Below, piece after piece: positions 34,996-49,028 of a DNA stretch of 64,000 nt (position 1 is its first letter; the number at the start of each line of letters is the position of its first letter). Both the position numbers and the translations under genes were made by a program. The DNA lies in assembly GCA_038087875.1 (NCBI GenBank), contig CM075996.1, positions 4,342,001 to 4,406,000 of the forward strand. The letters are read 5' to 3'. This stretch comes from Malacoraja senta (taxonomy: Eukaryota). The notes under the pieces are model-generated. The model did no database searches. It worked only from the letters and a program-made list of their open reading frames with translations, and had not been told where the DNA came from.

Positions 34996-36275
34996 CACTC
35001 TTATTTTACTGCTATTTTATTAAGAAATGAACTGCCTAAAAGGTGTGCTGAAGAAGAACAAAAACTAACTACTTCTCTAGTCTTTTAAGGTGATGCAGGT
35101 TACATGTCTGCAAGGTACTGTTGCAGCTGTATTAACAGGTTATGCACTGCCAACCTGTGGGTAGAACACTGCAACTGCAATTTGCAATTGATGCAGGGAG
35201 CGAATGCACAAGCTAGTGGATTGAATACCAGGCTGCTTTATCCTGGGTGGCATCACGCTATTTAATTACTCTTAGAGCAAGGCCACCCTGCGAATGGGGC
35301 AGTGTTCCTGAGCACTGTCTTTTGCTATTGATGCAAATGTATCAGGCAGTCATGAGTTGTGCCATTCATCACAGACTATCGAGCTGTGGCATTTAGGAAG
35401 CAGTCCCCTCGTTCTTGACACCCAATCCCGATGACATTCCTTTATCTACTATAGAAAGACCCAATATGAATTTTGTATGTTTTGACAACTTCTCCTCCTG
35501 ATTATTCTGAACTCTAGAGAGAAGAAGCCATGCCTGTTTAATCTTTCTTCTGAGGACAATTCCTCCATCCCAGGGACTCATCTGGTGAATTTTTGTTGCA
35601 TTCCCTCTTGTGCAAATATACATCTCTATATGTAGAGGGACCTGTACATAAGCATGTCAGGTGTGGTCTCATCAGGGACTTTTTTTTATTCGTATGGCTG
35701 TATGGTGACCCAAATTTCACTGTACCAATTGGTGCATGTGACAATAAATGTCTCTTGAATCTCTTGACCTTGATAATTCTAGTAAAATGCCTATACTCTT
35801 ATTCGGTATTCCTGTGTTGAGCTGCAGCCTTCAATCAATGTAGTTGATTCAACAACAATCAAATTCAAACCAGTACACAAAGCTGTTTTGCAGTAAGTAA
35901 AGGAGAAGATTCATCTAAAAATACAGCTATAGTATATTTTGCTTGGTCCAAATGAACAATATTTGTATGGTTTGGTGCCAAGCGGATGTAAAAATTAAAT
36001 TATTGTGGCAGTTTTGTTACAGAAGGAAATGGATTGAAGTCAAGGGTGAAGGTTGAATTTCATTAAACTCCCCGCTAAACGGCTGTGGTTCTTTTTCAAA
36101 CAGTTGTTTCATAAACAAAGCAAAACCTCCACATTTGTATAAAGAGAGTACCTACTAAAACACCCCAAAAGCCTCACTACTCACTCGCTGACTATTAATA
36201 CATGCCACACTAATATTTCCATTATGCAAATCTTTATGTGGTGGTCTGACCCAGAGAGTCACAAAATTTGCCTAC

Positions 36276-36331
36276 CTGTGGCGTTGTTGGCTCCAGTTCC
36301 TTAATAAGATTATAAGCCTCTTGCACGTCAT
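36276..36331 (-). CDS. TTC26: TTC26/IFT56 exon 10
   Basis: 56 nt; (D)DVQEAYNLIKELEPTTPQ, CAG/GTAGGC. Confidence 0.95.
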
Positions 36332-36774
36332 CTGCAATAAGTTATCTGAATGTTAGTGGAAGTGTGGCAATTGCAGGTAAACAGGCAAAACATAAGATGG
36401 AATGGTAGCAGAGAGCACTTGACAACAAAAGTAAATGGAAGATGAACACTGCCAATCATTTAGTTCTGGAAGATTAGGAACTGATGGATTTCTTGGACGG
36501 TCGTTGAAGCACACAAGCAAGATCATGTTTGCAGTTGTGGAAGTTAAGAGATCAGCCAAGTGAGCAATGGAATGGCCAAATGTGGATGGAACAAAGATGG
36601 AGTAGGGTTTTGTTCAGCGGTTGAATAAAGCAAAGGCAGAGAGAGGTGATGTTGCGGAAGTGGAAGCAAGTGGTGTTTGGTGATAGGGAGTAGGTGGAAA
36701 GAAAATGATGCAAGAATGTAGAATATTGCAGTGCAAGAGCACTTGCTTTCTATGTTCCGTGACACATTTCCTAC

Positions 36775-36877
36775 CTTGTCGCAGGTAATAAATGACTAGG
36801 TTGAGCCTGGCTTCAGGAATGACATCAATAAGTGGCGGGAGCACTTGCAAGGCACCCTCTCCACCCCGGAACACCAC
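36775..36877 (-). CDS. TTC26: TTC26/IFT56 exon 9
   Basis: 103 nt; [43 protein letters not shown]. Confidence 0.96.
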
Positions 36878-39800
36878 CTGAAGAGGGGAGGGTGTAGGGG
36901 GAGGGGGAAACAGTAATGATATCTAATCAGAGAGAAGACACCCATTGCAACAGAAATAATGCACATTCCTTGTTTCTGAATAAGGCACATAGTAGCCTCT
37001 AATCTTTTGTTATTTGGTTCAATTTTGGACAACATGCAATAATATTGAAATCACAATGATTTGGTTTCCCTCATTTTTAAGTTCTAAATGTAGTGAGCTC
37101 TTAAGCTCACCAGACTTGGTGCTACAATAGAATTGGGGATGCTCATGAAAAAGCTTCCTCCCAAATTGTAACCAATGACAAAGTAGATTAATACATTTTT
37201 AAAAAGTGTTCAGAAATTATGTCATTGTGCGTGACAAGAGAAATACGCAATGCTAATTAAAATCAGTTTAAATATTAGCCGTATATGTTTTCAGGGCATT
37301 AACTTGATGGGGAATGTGAGGAAAAAGCCAATCTATTTGCATATTAAATATTCTTTATCATAAGTTATAGGTTTAAGTTAATTTCTATTAGAAGAACAAT
37401 AGGAATTGAGAATTGCTGAACTGGTACATAACTGGTAGGGTTGGAGAAATGCAGCAGCAACAAACAATCTTTCTGCGTTAAAGGCAAACAGTTTGCCTCA
37501 TCCTACTTCCATGCATCTCTCAGCTTCACAGGAACAAACAACTGTACGTGTACGTATCATGCCTTTTACAAACCAATTCCAGCCCACAAAGTACTTCAGA
37601 AGTATATTCACTGTTGTAATGTGGGGAAACATAGTAGGTAATCTGTGCACAAAAACTTTCAAAAATGTGATTAAGGAAAAAAAATGCCAATGTTGGAAAT
37701 CTGAAACAGAACGGAACAAATACTCGGCAGATCAGAAAGCATCTTAATTTCTATCTTTTCCCAGTTTTGATGCAAGGTCCTTTGTTGGAAATATTAGTTG
37801 TTTCTCCCTCCACAGATGCTGTCTGTCCTGTTTGGAATTTTTAATATTTTTTTGCTTTCGTAACAGAAATGAGATAATGACCAATTTCTCTTATGGCTGA
37901 TGACAGGAGGATGAATATTGGCCAGGATGAAAAGGTTACCTTTTCAACAACTAAACAGGTTCGCTTCTTAATAAACATACAACACACAAACGTTTGGTAG
38001 ACCAGTTCAAAACTTTACTTATTATCGGCCGATGGAAGGGAGCAAGAACACTAGTCAAGTGAGCAATGCAGACACTTCACTGTCCTCATCCCCTTCTCCA
38101 AACAACAGAATTACATCGTATTATATAGTGTTTTTTTTGTCACCATAGCACATTCCACAAACATTAGTCATGGTCAGAGATAGAGAATAAAGGTTATTAC
38201 AGGATGCACCCGAGTGGTCTCGTCACATCAAAGGCATCTTGTCATATGGTACAAGGACATTACATCTCAAAGGCCTCGGACATTTGTTATTGCCCCTTAA
38301 TGAGATCAATCTAGTTTCCTCTCTCGTCACCTCCTCCCTCATAAACATCGGACATTTGGTGCAAGGCATTTTACATATCAAAGAGATCAATCTAGCTTCT
38401 TCTCTGCTTCCTCTCTCGTCACTTGGGAGACAAATGTTATAGTATTCATTATCTCAATACACAGCAAACTGAACTTGCCTTTCTGTATTATGCTACTGGA
38501 GAAAAGCCTAATTTGAGACTAAATATAAGCTGTAAGCTAGCCCAGGAACCAATTTAATATCTTCTTATATTTTTTACTTAATTCAGCCTTATCAAGGACA
38601 CCAGCAGTTAACTCCACTAAACTTTTGAATTTGTTTAAATTCATTGAAGAGGGCAGAGGCCTGTGGAAAATTGGAAAGAGGCCACATCCTATCATGCAGC
38701 TCCCCCCTCTCAAATGACTCCAGAAAGTCAGCCAAGATTTTAGCAGTCCAAGTATCTAGATTTCAGGCATGGCAATGTCCAATTCAAATGCAAAGACGCT
38801 GCCAGTGACAGGTTGCTCAACTTTGCAGAGAAACACAAGATGGAGGACATCTGGTGCTGCCAGTGTAAAGTTTGCATGTTCTGTGAAACTCTGTGACTGC
38901 CTGGGTTTCCCTGGAGTGCTCCAGTTTCCTCCTGCATCTTAATGGTGTGCTGGTTTGCAGGTTAGTTGACGACTGTAAATCACCCCTTGTGTGGATGGGT
39001 GGCAGGAGAATCAGTCTGAGGCAGGATGGGGTGGGGTGGAGTTGATGGACATATGAGAGGAAATAAGTTGCAGGGAAATAAGTGGGGGAGTTGGATTGAT
39101 CCAAGAGTAAGTCTATACACAAATAGCCTGTTTCAATGTCATACAAGACCATGAGACATTGTAAAGCCGACTCCAATAGAACATGGAGGTTTAGGGATAG
39201 GGGAAAAGATGTAAAACAGTGGTTTCTAGATCAGCGAACCGAAAGTTTGAAGAGACTTAACCAACCTTGAAAACCAGGCCCAAGTCTGAACATTCCTTGA
39301 TCTCAGTCAGAGTGTATGTTTAATTATTGTCAATGATAGTTGCTTCCGTTTGATAATATATTATGAGCATCAATAAATGGTTTTCACCCCATTATTTCCA
39401 AGGATAACCACATCCATCCTCCAATGTGTTTGAAATAAAAACAAAAATAGACAGGCAGCATTTATGGTTTGAGAAAAAAAAATGCTGGTACTTCCAACAT
39501 ATTTGCTTTTCATTTTCAGATTTCTTCAGCAACTTTTGCTTTTGGTATAACTTTGCAAGTAGCTTATAATTATGTGATTCATACAATTAAAAAATCCTTG
39601 GTTCTTGCTAGAAGAAGCTTTTATTTATATTATTACTACATGTGCAGTATTTAGTAGTTATGATACTAATACACACTTGCCTTTCTCTACTGCCTTATAC
39701 TTGGCACTGTTGAAACAGAAATCCCAAGTTTAAATTCTACTATGGTAAATTATGAAAATGAATTCAATATATTTGGTGATAGAAGAGAGAGCAGATGCTG

Positions 39801-40149
39801 GAATCTAGAGCCAGAAATAAACTGCTAGTGAAACTCAGTGGATTGAGCAATATCCAATGCAGGGTCTCGACCTGAAATGTTGACAATTCCATTCTGTGCC
39901 ATAGGAGCTACTCAACCTGCTAAGTTTGTTTTTTGCTCAATAATTTTGGTGTCCACAAAACAACACGGCTCAGAAAGCTGTGAAAACTAAGTGTTCAGTA
40001 GACCTTGCTGGCGTACATGAAATCGATGTTCACAGCACTGTTGATTTTAAATGCTTTCATGACAACAAATATTGTCTTAGACCTAATCTCCAAAACAAAT
40101 ATTTAAAAATCATTCATAGGACTGCCAAACAGAGACATTTAATACATAC

Positions 40150-40224
40150 CAGGTTGTGCTTTATGAGCTCTTTCGCAAAATCAAACACAGGGGAACCAAT
40201 GTCCATTAGATTTTTCAGTTCTGC
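40150..40224 (-). CDS. TTC26: TTC26/IFT56 exon 8
   Basis: 75 nt; AELKNLMDIGSPVFDFAKELIKHNL, CAG/GTATGT. Confidence 0.95.
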
Positions 40225-41989
40225 CTGGGGGAAGAAACATATGCAAATAAAACAATTGTTTTCCTTAGTTAAGAAGTTCTTAGAGCCACAATCGTTATCA
40301 GAATGAAAAACAGCTATGGGTTAAAACACTACAGTTTGGTACCTAACTGGTGTCGGACCATAGAAAGTCTGGACCACAGAAATATCCCCTGATAATCATC
40401 CACTGATCAGGAGAAATGTTATTTTTAAATAGACACTCCTTGGATCAGAAAGGGGTTCCAAATCTGTCTGTAACCCAACTTTTCTGTAAGTAGGAACCAC
40501 TGTTGGCCAAGATGGCAAAAGTTGCAGTTGTAGGTTAATTAACACCATACGAGTACATATATTAATTAAATATTAATTGGCTAAAACTAGTTAATAAGCA
40601 TACATCTATCTGTATGAAAGACACAATTCATGCTAGACCAGGGGAGTTGCCAGACCAGAGAATGCCAGACTCGAGAATTTCAACCCATACATTATTAAGC
40701 TGAGAAACTGGACAAGTGGTTCACTTGGTTGCTTCCCATCCCATTCTGAGTAAGACTCAATCAGCACTCCTGGTGGCACAGAGCTTGCAGTTCAGTTCAT
40801 TCAGTCAACGGAAATACTATACATGATTACAACCAAGTCGTCCACAGTGTACAGATACAGGATAAACGGAATAACGTTTTGTGCAAGTTAAAGTCCTGTA
40901 AAATCCAATTAAAGATAGTCCAAAGTTCTCCAATGAGGTAAATGGTAAGTCAGGATCACTCTCTAGTTGGCAATCTAACCATGAAAGCCTCCTCACTTCA
41001 TACTCTCATCTCCTCTAAATCTGACTGTTGGTAAAAGATGTGAAGATGGCTTTTTATACTTGGGTCCACGATATTCTTCAGCAAGGTCCCCACTGCCTGA
41101 AAGACCGAATTTGAGTAAATTTCAATCGATTTCAGTGGAAAGCAAACTCAGTAAAGGATGTAATAAACCTTTTTGATTAGATCAGATGTGGGAACAAATT
41201 GAATATGACCTCCGTTCATCATGTTCATACCTGACATGGGGAAGGTTGACTTTAAAACAATTTGAAATTAGATTTTTCACTGGTCAAATGAGTCATAGGT
41301 GGGTTGAACCTGCTGGGAAAATGTGGCAGTATTGACCTGCAAAAAGCCTCATTACATGCATAATATATTCCTTCATAGAAATGTTCTAGGTATGATCAAC
41401 CTGCCAAATTATGAGAATGGGACTTGCATTTTTATAGTAACAGGATGTCCCAAATATTTCACAACTAATGAAATAATTTAGAAGCTAGTTCACTGTTGCA
41501 ATTTTATTTGAAAAAGCTGGAGACAGAGAATGGTGACATTTCTACGTGAAGTACCTCTCAAAACAATTAAAACAGCCCTTTATGATCACCTCTCCTTATT
41601 ATCTATCCGTTCCAGTGCAGAAAGCCCCTTGTCAGTCATCACTATTCCAAAGGAACTCTTAGAACTATCAATCCCGATGCAACCAGCACAGATATAAGCC
41701 GTATCAAAAGAAGGAAGTGTTGGGGTTCTACATGCGGGTAATAACAGGGATTGCCCCCCCCCCCAATATTCCTATCTAGCTAACAATCAATCACTCGAGA
41801 ACGGGTTTGAAGAGAGAATAAGGCTGATAGTTCAAAGGGAGATCAGGGACTGCTATGTTTCTTTGCTTCGCTGAAACATGGCTCACTCGACTCGGCCATA
41901 CAACCCGAGGGTTTCTCCATTTGTTGAATGTATGGAATCCTTAGGCAAGGAGAAAGGCAGTGGCACCTACTTTTAGATCAATGCTTTTT

Positions 41990-42435
41990 GCACCCTTAGC
42001 ACCCATGGTTCCAGAGCTTTGCTATATTATCCATTTTGCCGGTGAACAGACTCGTGGGGCCGAGATACCAGCCCGCAAAGTCGGCCTCGGAACTGGGAAC
42101 TGGGGTCTGCCGGCTCCGGCCGGGTCGCAGTCCCAGTGCCCCGGCCGCAGGAGGCAAATTCAACCTGCCGATCAGCCACGGAAGTCGGCAATGGGAATGG
42201 ATCTACTGGCTACGGCCGGGCTGGAGAGCCAGTACCCCAGCCGCTAGGGGCAAATTCAACCCGCTGATCAGCCATGGAAGTCCCGATGAGATCGAGATCG
42301 GCTGCCTCACCCGGCCTAGGTGCCACATTTTCGGGGTGGAACTCGGAGGGGATTTCAAGTGCCCTCACGTAATTTTGTCCGGATTAAAGGAGATGCTGGA
42401 ATACCATTGCTGGAAAATCGATGGTGGAGCTGTAT
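41990..42435. mobile_element. GC-rich non-autonomous repeat, possibly a Tc1/mariner-type MITE
   Basis: CpG-rich insert with an internal duplicated unit (GGCAAATTCAACC.GC.GATCAGCCA.GGAAGTC) ending ...GGTGGAGCTG|TA. Left TIR not found. Confidence 0.4.
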
Positions 42436-42464
42436 TAGCTTTCTTCCTTAGCTCAGGGTGTTAC

Positions 42465-42636
42465 CTCTGCTGCCTTTCCATTGTAGAGTCGGAAGTGGTT
42501 GCAGGCTTTCAGGTTCAACGCAATGGTGCTGTCGGGATAATGTTGCAGATAAACTGCCAGAACTTCCTGGGAAACGTCGTAGTAATCCAGCTTATAGTAG
42601 CACAGTGCCACATACACATTCAAGGCCATAAATTCC
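42465..42636 (-). CDS. TTC26: TTC26/IFT56 exon 7
   Basis: 172 nt; [57 protein letters not shown]. Confidence 0.97.
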
Positions 42637-44289
42637 CTAGCAAAACACAAAGGGTAAAATGAGCAAACTTTAAAAAAAATATGCTAGTTGAAATGAAATG
42701 AAAACTGTAAAGCAATGGGTAATCAGAGTAAATGCCCACTTTTTTGAAAGTCTTATTTTGGCTGATCCACTGTACATGGTCCAGATTCGAGATAGCAGTG
42801 GTAGTGAACACAAAAGAATAGTGCCGGTAAGCGATCTGCAGGCTTACATCCCACACCATCGGAGGCACCCTGCGTGTTCCAAGATTGGCTGTGCAGGCTA
42901 CCTAGGGCACAGAGACTGAGCGGTGGACATGTGACACAAGGGAAGAAGTGTTTGCAGGCCACTGTGGGGATTGAGATGTCAGTGGAGTGGGTCGCTGGAG
43001 GCCCTGCAGAAGCCTGGGGCTCAAGTGGATCAGGCCAAAGACGCAGATCAGACCCAGCCTGCAAGGCAGAGGACATCAACAACATCACCTGGCCACGCCG
43101 ACCTCTGCAACTCCAATCCAGGGCTGCCGCCAGGACAATGGGCTGTTTATGGCCAAGTTAAGACTCAACATTTTCAACAACTTTGGACTTGAATCATACA
43201 AAATGGTGCCAGAAATGTGGCAACTCCTGGGGACTGTCTTAGTGTAATCTACTATTCCTACACTTGTCTCAAGTATGATTGTGCTTATGTATAGTAAGAT
43301 ATAAATATAGCCATGAATGTGCCATACCAGATAAGATACAGGCCAAGTGCTGGAAAATGGGATTAGTATAGTAGGTGCTTAATGGCACTCATACATGCAG
43401 TGAACCTAAGGACCTGTTTCTGTGCTGTTGGATTGTTTTTCTTACCAGTAGCAAAGTGTTAGAAGGTGTCACCTACAGTGCTACAAAGTGGCATTAACTC
43501 ACTAATAATCTGCCTAATAAATGCTAAATTTAGATTCTGCCTGGACCACTAAACTTCAGATTTCAATATGGCCTCAGTCCAATCAAGGACAATATGGTTC
43601 ATTTTAAGATCCAGGTAAGTGTGGTTGATCGTGACAAGTTTCCACAATGCAGTTTGTTGATATGCACACTTTATTCATTATGTTCTGAGAAAGGGCAACT
43701 GTCAAATAGGCTGAAGCCTTCAAAGGCAAGCAACTTTTATAACTCTAAAGTCTATGAGAATGAAAGTGAAAAGTGTAATAGCTGGAACCAAAACTATCGC
43801 ATGGAAGGATGGTTTCAATTTTGACGGTGATTGTAGTCACTATTGACTCCACATTGCTCACTTTCATTTGCAACTCCTTAACAAGAGCTGGACAACATTC
43901 AGTTTAAGATAAACGGCAAGTAATATTTGTGCCTTAAAGGTACCAAGCAATGTTCATGTCCAGCTAAAGTCTTACCTATCACTCCAACAATGAGTCTTGT
44001 GGTCAATTGATAGCATCTTACATGCTAATGGGGTCACACAGGCACCATTTTTAATATCTAAGGCAAGGTATTGATCCAGATAATCATGTCATAAGTGATA
44101 GGAGCCGTATCAGGCCATTTCACCCATCAAGTCTACTCCGCCATTCAATCTGCCTCTCCCTCCTAACCCCATTCTCGTGCCTTCACCCCATAACCCCTGA
44201 CACCCGTACTGATTTTCTAAATCTTTCCCTAACTATCCCAAGTGACTATCCCAAGTCACATAACGCCAACATGTCAACATGGGAGTTAC

Positions 44290-44435
44290 CGGTTATCGAG
44301 CAGGATACGCTTGTAGATATCAATGGCCTCCTGGTAATGGGAGCGCATATAGTGGATTGAAGCCAAACTGAGCTGATCCTCAGTGATGTCCTGCAGATTC
44401 TGGTGGTAGTTCATCAATCTCTTCTCATCACTGAA
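44290..44435 (-). CDS. TTC26: TTC26/IFT56 exon 6
   Basis: 146 nt; FSDEKRLMNYHQNLQDITEDQLSLASIHYMRSHYQEAIDIYKRILLDN(R). Confidence 0.96.
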
Positions 44436-45027
44436 CTGCAACAAAGTACAAGGGTCCAGATGAATAGTATTAAAGTAATTATAGTATTAAAGCATCTGAA
44501 GAAGGGTCTCGACCCGAAACGTTGCCTATTTCCTTCGTTCCATAGATGCTGCCTCACCCGCTGAGTTTCTCCAGCATTTTTGTCTACCTAGTATTAAAAC
44601 AGTATTGTGTTTTACTCTTATGTTTTGTTCAAATGCCATAAAGATCATTAACTTAAATTGCATGGTTGACACATTTCCGAAGGTACAACAATTTTATTTG
44701 GGCTTGTGCGAACGAAAGTCTACATCAAGGAATTCAAGTGGTCATTAAAATAAATGGAGTTAAACTGAGAGGGAAGTACGGGGAAGGAGTAAATCAGTGA
44801 AAAAGAATATAAAAGCGCACAATAAAAACAGGAGCAAAAGATATTATGGTAAAAAAGAGACAAATGTGCAATGGCATAACCAAGCAAACATGTAAGAGAG
44901 GGAGACAGTAGAGAAATTGTCTGTTCAAAATAAAAACAGAAACATGCAGAAAAAGGCAGATAAAGTGGGCTGACTGGTACGTACAGAACAATCAGAAATC
45001 AGCACATTTTAATCAATCTAAGTTTAC

Positions 45028-45077
45028 CTTGTGAGCCAGGTGAAACAACAGGCGATTCTGCAGTCGACTCTTAGGAG
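45028..45077 (-). CDS. TTC26: TTC26/IFT56 exon 5
   Basis: 50 nt; (A)PKSRLQNRLLFHLAHK. Confidence 0.95.
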
Positions 45078-46095
45078 CTGAAGGAGAGAATGAATAGATT
45101 TGAGTTTTTGTCCTTTGCAGTTTTATTTTCTACTCTTCTAAATCCTATTGCACAGAATTGCCCATGATGGAACATGGTCAACATGAAAAATGTGCATTAC
45201 AATCAACAGATTGTTTTTAAAAAAAAGACAGTCTAGAATAGAATCAATATCACATTATGCAAAGCAAATCCATTGGACCCAATATATCTGTGCTGTCTCC
45301 GTGAAGGTTATCTAACTCCTCTTCTCTCTTCACTCGTTACTCACAGGCCTATATTTTACCATTTAAGGGTCAAAGCCCTTATCAAAGTTATTACTGAATC
45401 TCCTCTCAGGCATTGCATATCAGATCATTACAACCTATTTTGTTCTTGTTTATCCCCAAGCTATTTTTCCCAGTTACCTTAACTTTATGTCTTCTAGTTA
45501 CCCATTCACCTGCCAGTGGAAATAGCTTCTATGTCCATTTTAACAAAATCCCTCAAATGAACATCTCTGTTACATGTCCTTGTAATCTTGTCTGCTCAAT
45601 GTAATCACTGCAGTTAAGTACATGTTTTGTGCACTCCAATATTCCAAACATGGCCGTTTTAGTACTCTTGGTTGAAGGATGATGTTCCCGCACGACTCTT
45701 CAAGTAATCTATTACATTCACCTGAATGAGCTAGCTAACACACTATGTATACCACTGAAGACAAGGCAGCGCCACCCTCGGAACTGAACATTCAACTAAG
45801 CTTGGGTCCATTTCAAAGATAAGAGACTTGTCCAGTGAGCTAAACTACCATGCTTAAAATATCCAAAGTAAAGACACTAAACAGGAAGAATGTGACATAC
45901 CACACAGTGAGAAAGAGAGAATTAAAATAATGCAACTAAAAAGTGTGAGATGGCACTGAACTAGAAAAAGGGATAAATAAAGAGTTGTCCATGGAAAACA
46001 AGAACAATAAAAAAGACCACTTCCAACAGAAGGAATTTACTGTGTAGTAAGGGCAGCTTGGAGATTAAGTCTTACACTATATTACTCTGACACAC

Positions 46096-46210
46096 CTTTC
46101 GTTGCAGCTTCCTCTGCTTCCTTATACATTCCCAAGTAAAAGAAAGTACATGCCAGATTCACCCAAACATCAGGGTGAATGTCTTCATTCTTTGTCAGAG
46201 CCTCATATTC
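46096..46210 (-). CDS. TTC26: TTC26/IFT56 exon 4
   Basis: 115 nt; EYEALTKNEDIHPDVWVNLACTFFYLGMYKEAEEAATK. Confidence 0.95.
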
Positions 46211-46892
46211 CTAAAGTAAGCAAATAGAGAAAGATCATGAATCAAAAGTAGCTGGGGCAGAATACTCACACAAGATAATACAACAAATCATAAATACATT
46301 TGACCATGTTATATGATTTTTAAATCACTTCAATAAAGCTTTCTTTCAATTACCACATTAATCAGGTTTTCTCATGTCAGAACATAAAAAATAGAATTTC
46401 AGCATGGAAGGAAACAGTATGCATCCTCAATATTTAGTTGGTCCATGATTAAGTTCTTGCACTGGTTATCATCTCAAAGGAAGTTTATTTTAAGTCCAGA
46501 TTTAGTTGTGTAGATTAAGTCCAGATTTAGTTATGTAGCAAATGTAGATTAATATTCCATAGATCCAGTTTGTGGAAATAGGAATTCCATAATTGCAGAA
46601 TTGGGTTGTTTCGGAATGTAGCTCAATGTGGTAAACTCTATCTACGACTTAATCCTGGCATAATACCACTCATCAATAACTTCCATAAGGCCATGTTAAA
46701 AAGAACCTTGAGGAGAACATTCAAGAGGTCATTAAACTGCTTAGAGGTGGGAGCCCAAGTTTTTCTAAATACACTAAAGTTGATGATCACAGTATGTGGG
46801 CAGAACTGATGGACAGAAGAGTTTAGAGCACCCTCTTACTGATTATGTGGAATGCTGTGAAAATGTGTTTTCATTCAAAGGCTTCACCTTAC

Positions 46893-46985
46893 CTCCATAG
46901 CCCTCCTATAATCTCCAAGGTGGAATGCGCAGTATCCCATCCACAAGTCAATGTCATCCTCCTTCTCGCCCACATGCCGCTTAAA
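46893..46985 (-). CDS. TTC26: TTC26/IFT56 exon 3
   Basis: 93 nt; FKRHVGEKEDDIDLWMGYCAFHLGDYRRAME. Confidence 0.95.
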
Positions 46986-48224
46986 CTGGGATAAACAAAA
47001 AAGAGTTTTTGAAAGACAAACTCAGTTTAAATTATTAGAAAAAAATGTTTAAACTCTTATGGATTCCAAATGCAGCAGCACATCTTTTGTATGGAAGCTA
47101 GACACAAAATACTGGAGTAACTCAACAGGACAGGCAGCAGAGAAGGGTTCTGGGCAGAGACTCTTCTTCATGAGGTTCACAAAAATGCTGGAGAAACTCA
47201 GCGGGTGCAGCAGCATCTATGGAGTGAAGGAAATAGGTAACGTTTCGGGCCGAAACCCTTCTTATGATGCTGCTGCACCCGCTGAGTTTCTCCAGCATTT
47301 TTGTGTACCTTCGATTTTCCAGCATCTGCAGTTCCTTCTTTAACTCTTCTTCATGATGTCTGTACACTGTGGTGGTACCTTTACGCAAGCACTGGAATTG
47401 AAACGGAGGGCGGAACACCAGAACCTTTCAAGATCAGGAAAGCATTACTGATCTTTGGGCTGGTAAATCCACAAATCTGATAGATTTTGCTAAAAGCTCT
47501 TAAAAAGCAGGGGCTGGTAAGAGAATTCTAAATGTCCCTAAATTTGGAGAAGGTTTCATTAGTTTGGAAAATAGAAAACATAACGTCTTTAATCAATAAG
47601 GGAAGGAGAAACAAAGCAGGAAGCTGCAAACCAGTTTGTATTACATCCTCCGCCAGGTAAATGTTAGAAGCTATTATTAAAGATGTTATAGCAGGCCACT
47701 TAGAAACAGTCAACATAATCAGACAAAGACAACATGGTTTTGTGATAGTGAAATTGTGTTTCACCAGTTTATTGTTGTTTGAAGATGAAATGTGCTGTAG
47801 ATAAAGGGAAACTACTGGATGGTGTAGCATCATAGGTTATTGAATAAAGGTTAGCTTGTAGGAGATACCAAGGAGAGACGAGAGAGTGACATGAGCTGGT
47901 CTCAGAGCTGACATGGACATTATGGGCTAAATGCCTCTTTACATTATGAAACCATTCTGTAATTCAGACAAAGTTATCATAGACAAAATATGAACAAGAA
48001 TTGGCTATACTATCCTTCAATGCACTTCTGCTATTAAGATCATGGTTGACCTGTTTAACTTTTTGCATCAGCCACGAGCAAATTATTTGCAATCCTGCCT
48101 CTGTGTCCATCTAGAATATCTAGGCTAATATCTTAATAATCTAGTATTAAGAGAGTTCCGAAGTATAAGAGATGCTGTCTTTTGGCAGAGGTTTTGAAAT
48201 GAACGTGATTTTCTCTCAAGTTCT

Positions 48225-49028
48225 AAGTTCAAGTGAGTTTATTGTCATGTGTCCCTGATAGGACAATGAAATTCTTGCTTTGCTTCAGCACAACAGAACA
48301 TAGTAGGCATTGATTACAAAACAGATCAGTGTGTCCATATACCATTCTATAAATATATACACACATGAATCAATATACTGATAAAGTGCAAATAACAGTT
48401 AATTGGCTATTAAAGTTCAGTGTTTTGTCCGAGCCAGGTTGAATAGCCTGATGGCTGTGGGGAAGTAGCTATTCCTGAACCTGGTCGTTGCAGTCTTCAG
48501 GCTCCTGTACCTTCTACCTGAAGGTAGTAGGGAGATGAGTGTGTGGCCAGGATGGTGTCCTTGATGATACTGCCAGCCTTTTTGAGGCAGCGACTGTGAT
48601 AGATCCCCTCGATGGAAGGGAGGTCAGAGCCGATGATGGACTGGGCAGTGTTTACTACTTTTTGTAGTCTTTTCCTCTCCAGGGCGCTCGTTGCCGAACC
48701 AAGCCATGATGCAACCGGTCAGCATGCTCTCTCCTGTGCACCTGTAGAAGTTAGAGAGAGTCCTCCTTGACAAACCGACTCTCCGTAATCTTCTCAGGAA
48801 GTAGAGGCGCTGATGTGCTTTCTTAATAATGGCATCAGTGTTCTCGGACCAGGAAAGATCTTCAGAGATGTGCATGCCCAGGAATTTGAAGCTCTTGACC
48901 CTTTCAACCATCGACCCGTTGATATAAACGGGACTGTGGGTCCCCATCCTACTCCTTCCAAAGTCCACAATCAGTTCCTTGGTTTTGCTGGTGTTGAGGG
49001 CCAGGTTATTGTGCTGGCACCATATGGA
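48225..49028 (-). mobile_element. Rex1/Babar-like LINE 3' fragment
   Basis: ORF 48624-48968 VDF.R...H.P.YING..VERV.SFKFLG..IS.DLSW..NT..I.KKAHQRLYFLRRL...NFYRC..ES.LT.CI.AWFG, the RT C-terminal region, frameshifted. Confidence 0.88.

Noticed and set aside
37985..38440. Possible minus-strand LTR with internal duplications (GAGATCAATCTAG...TCCTCTCTCGTCAC twice)
   Set aside because: No clear TG..CA termini, TSD, PBS or PPT could be identified.
42036..42662. 208-aa plus-strand ORF
   Set aside because: Chimera of a GC-rich repeat and the antisense of TTC26 exon 7.
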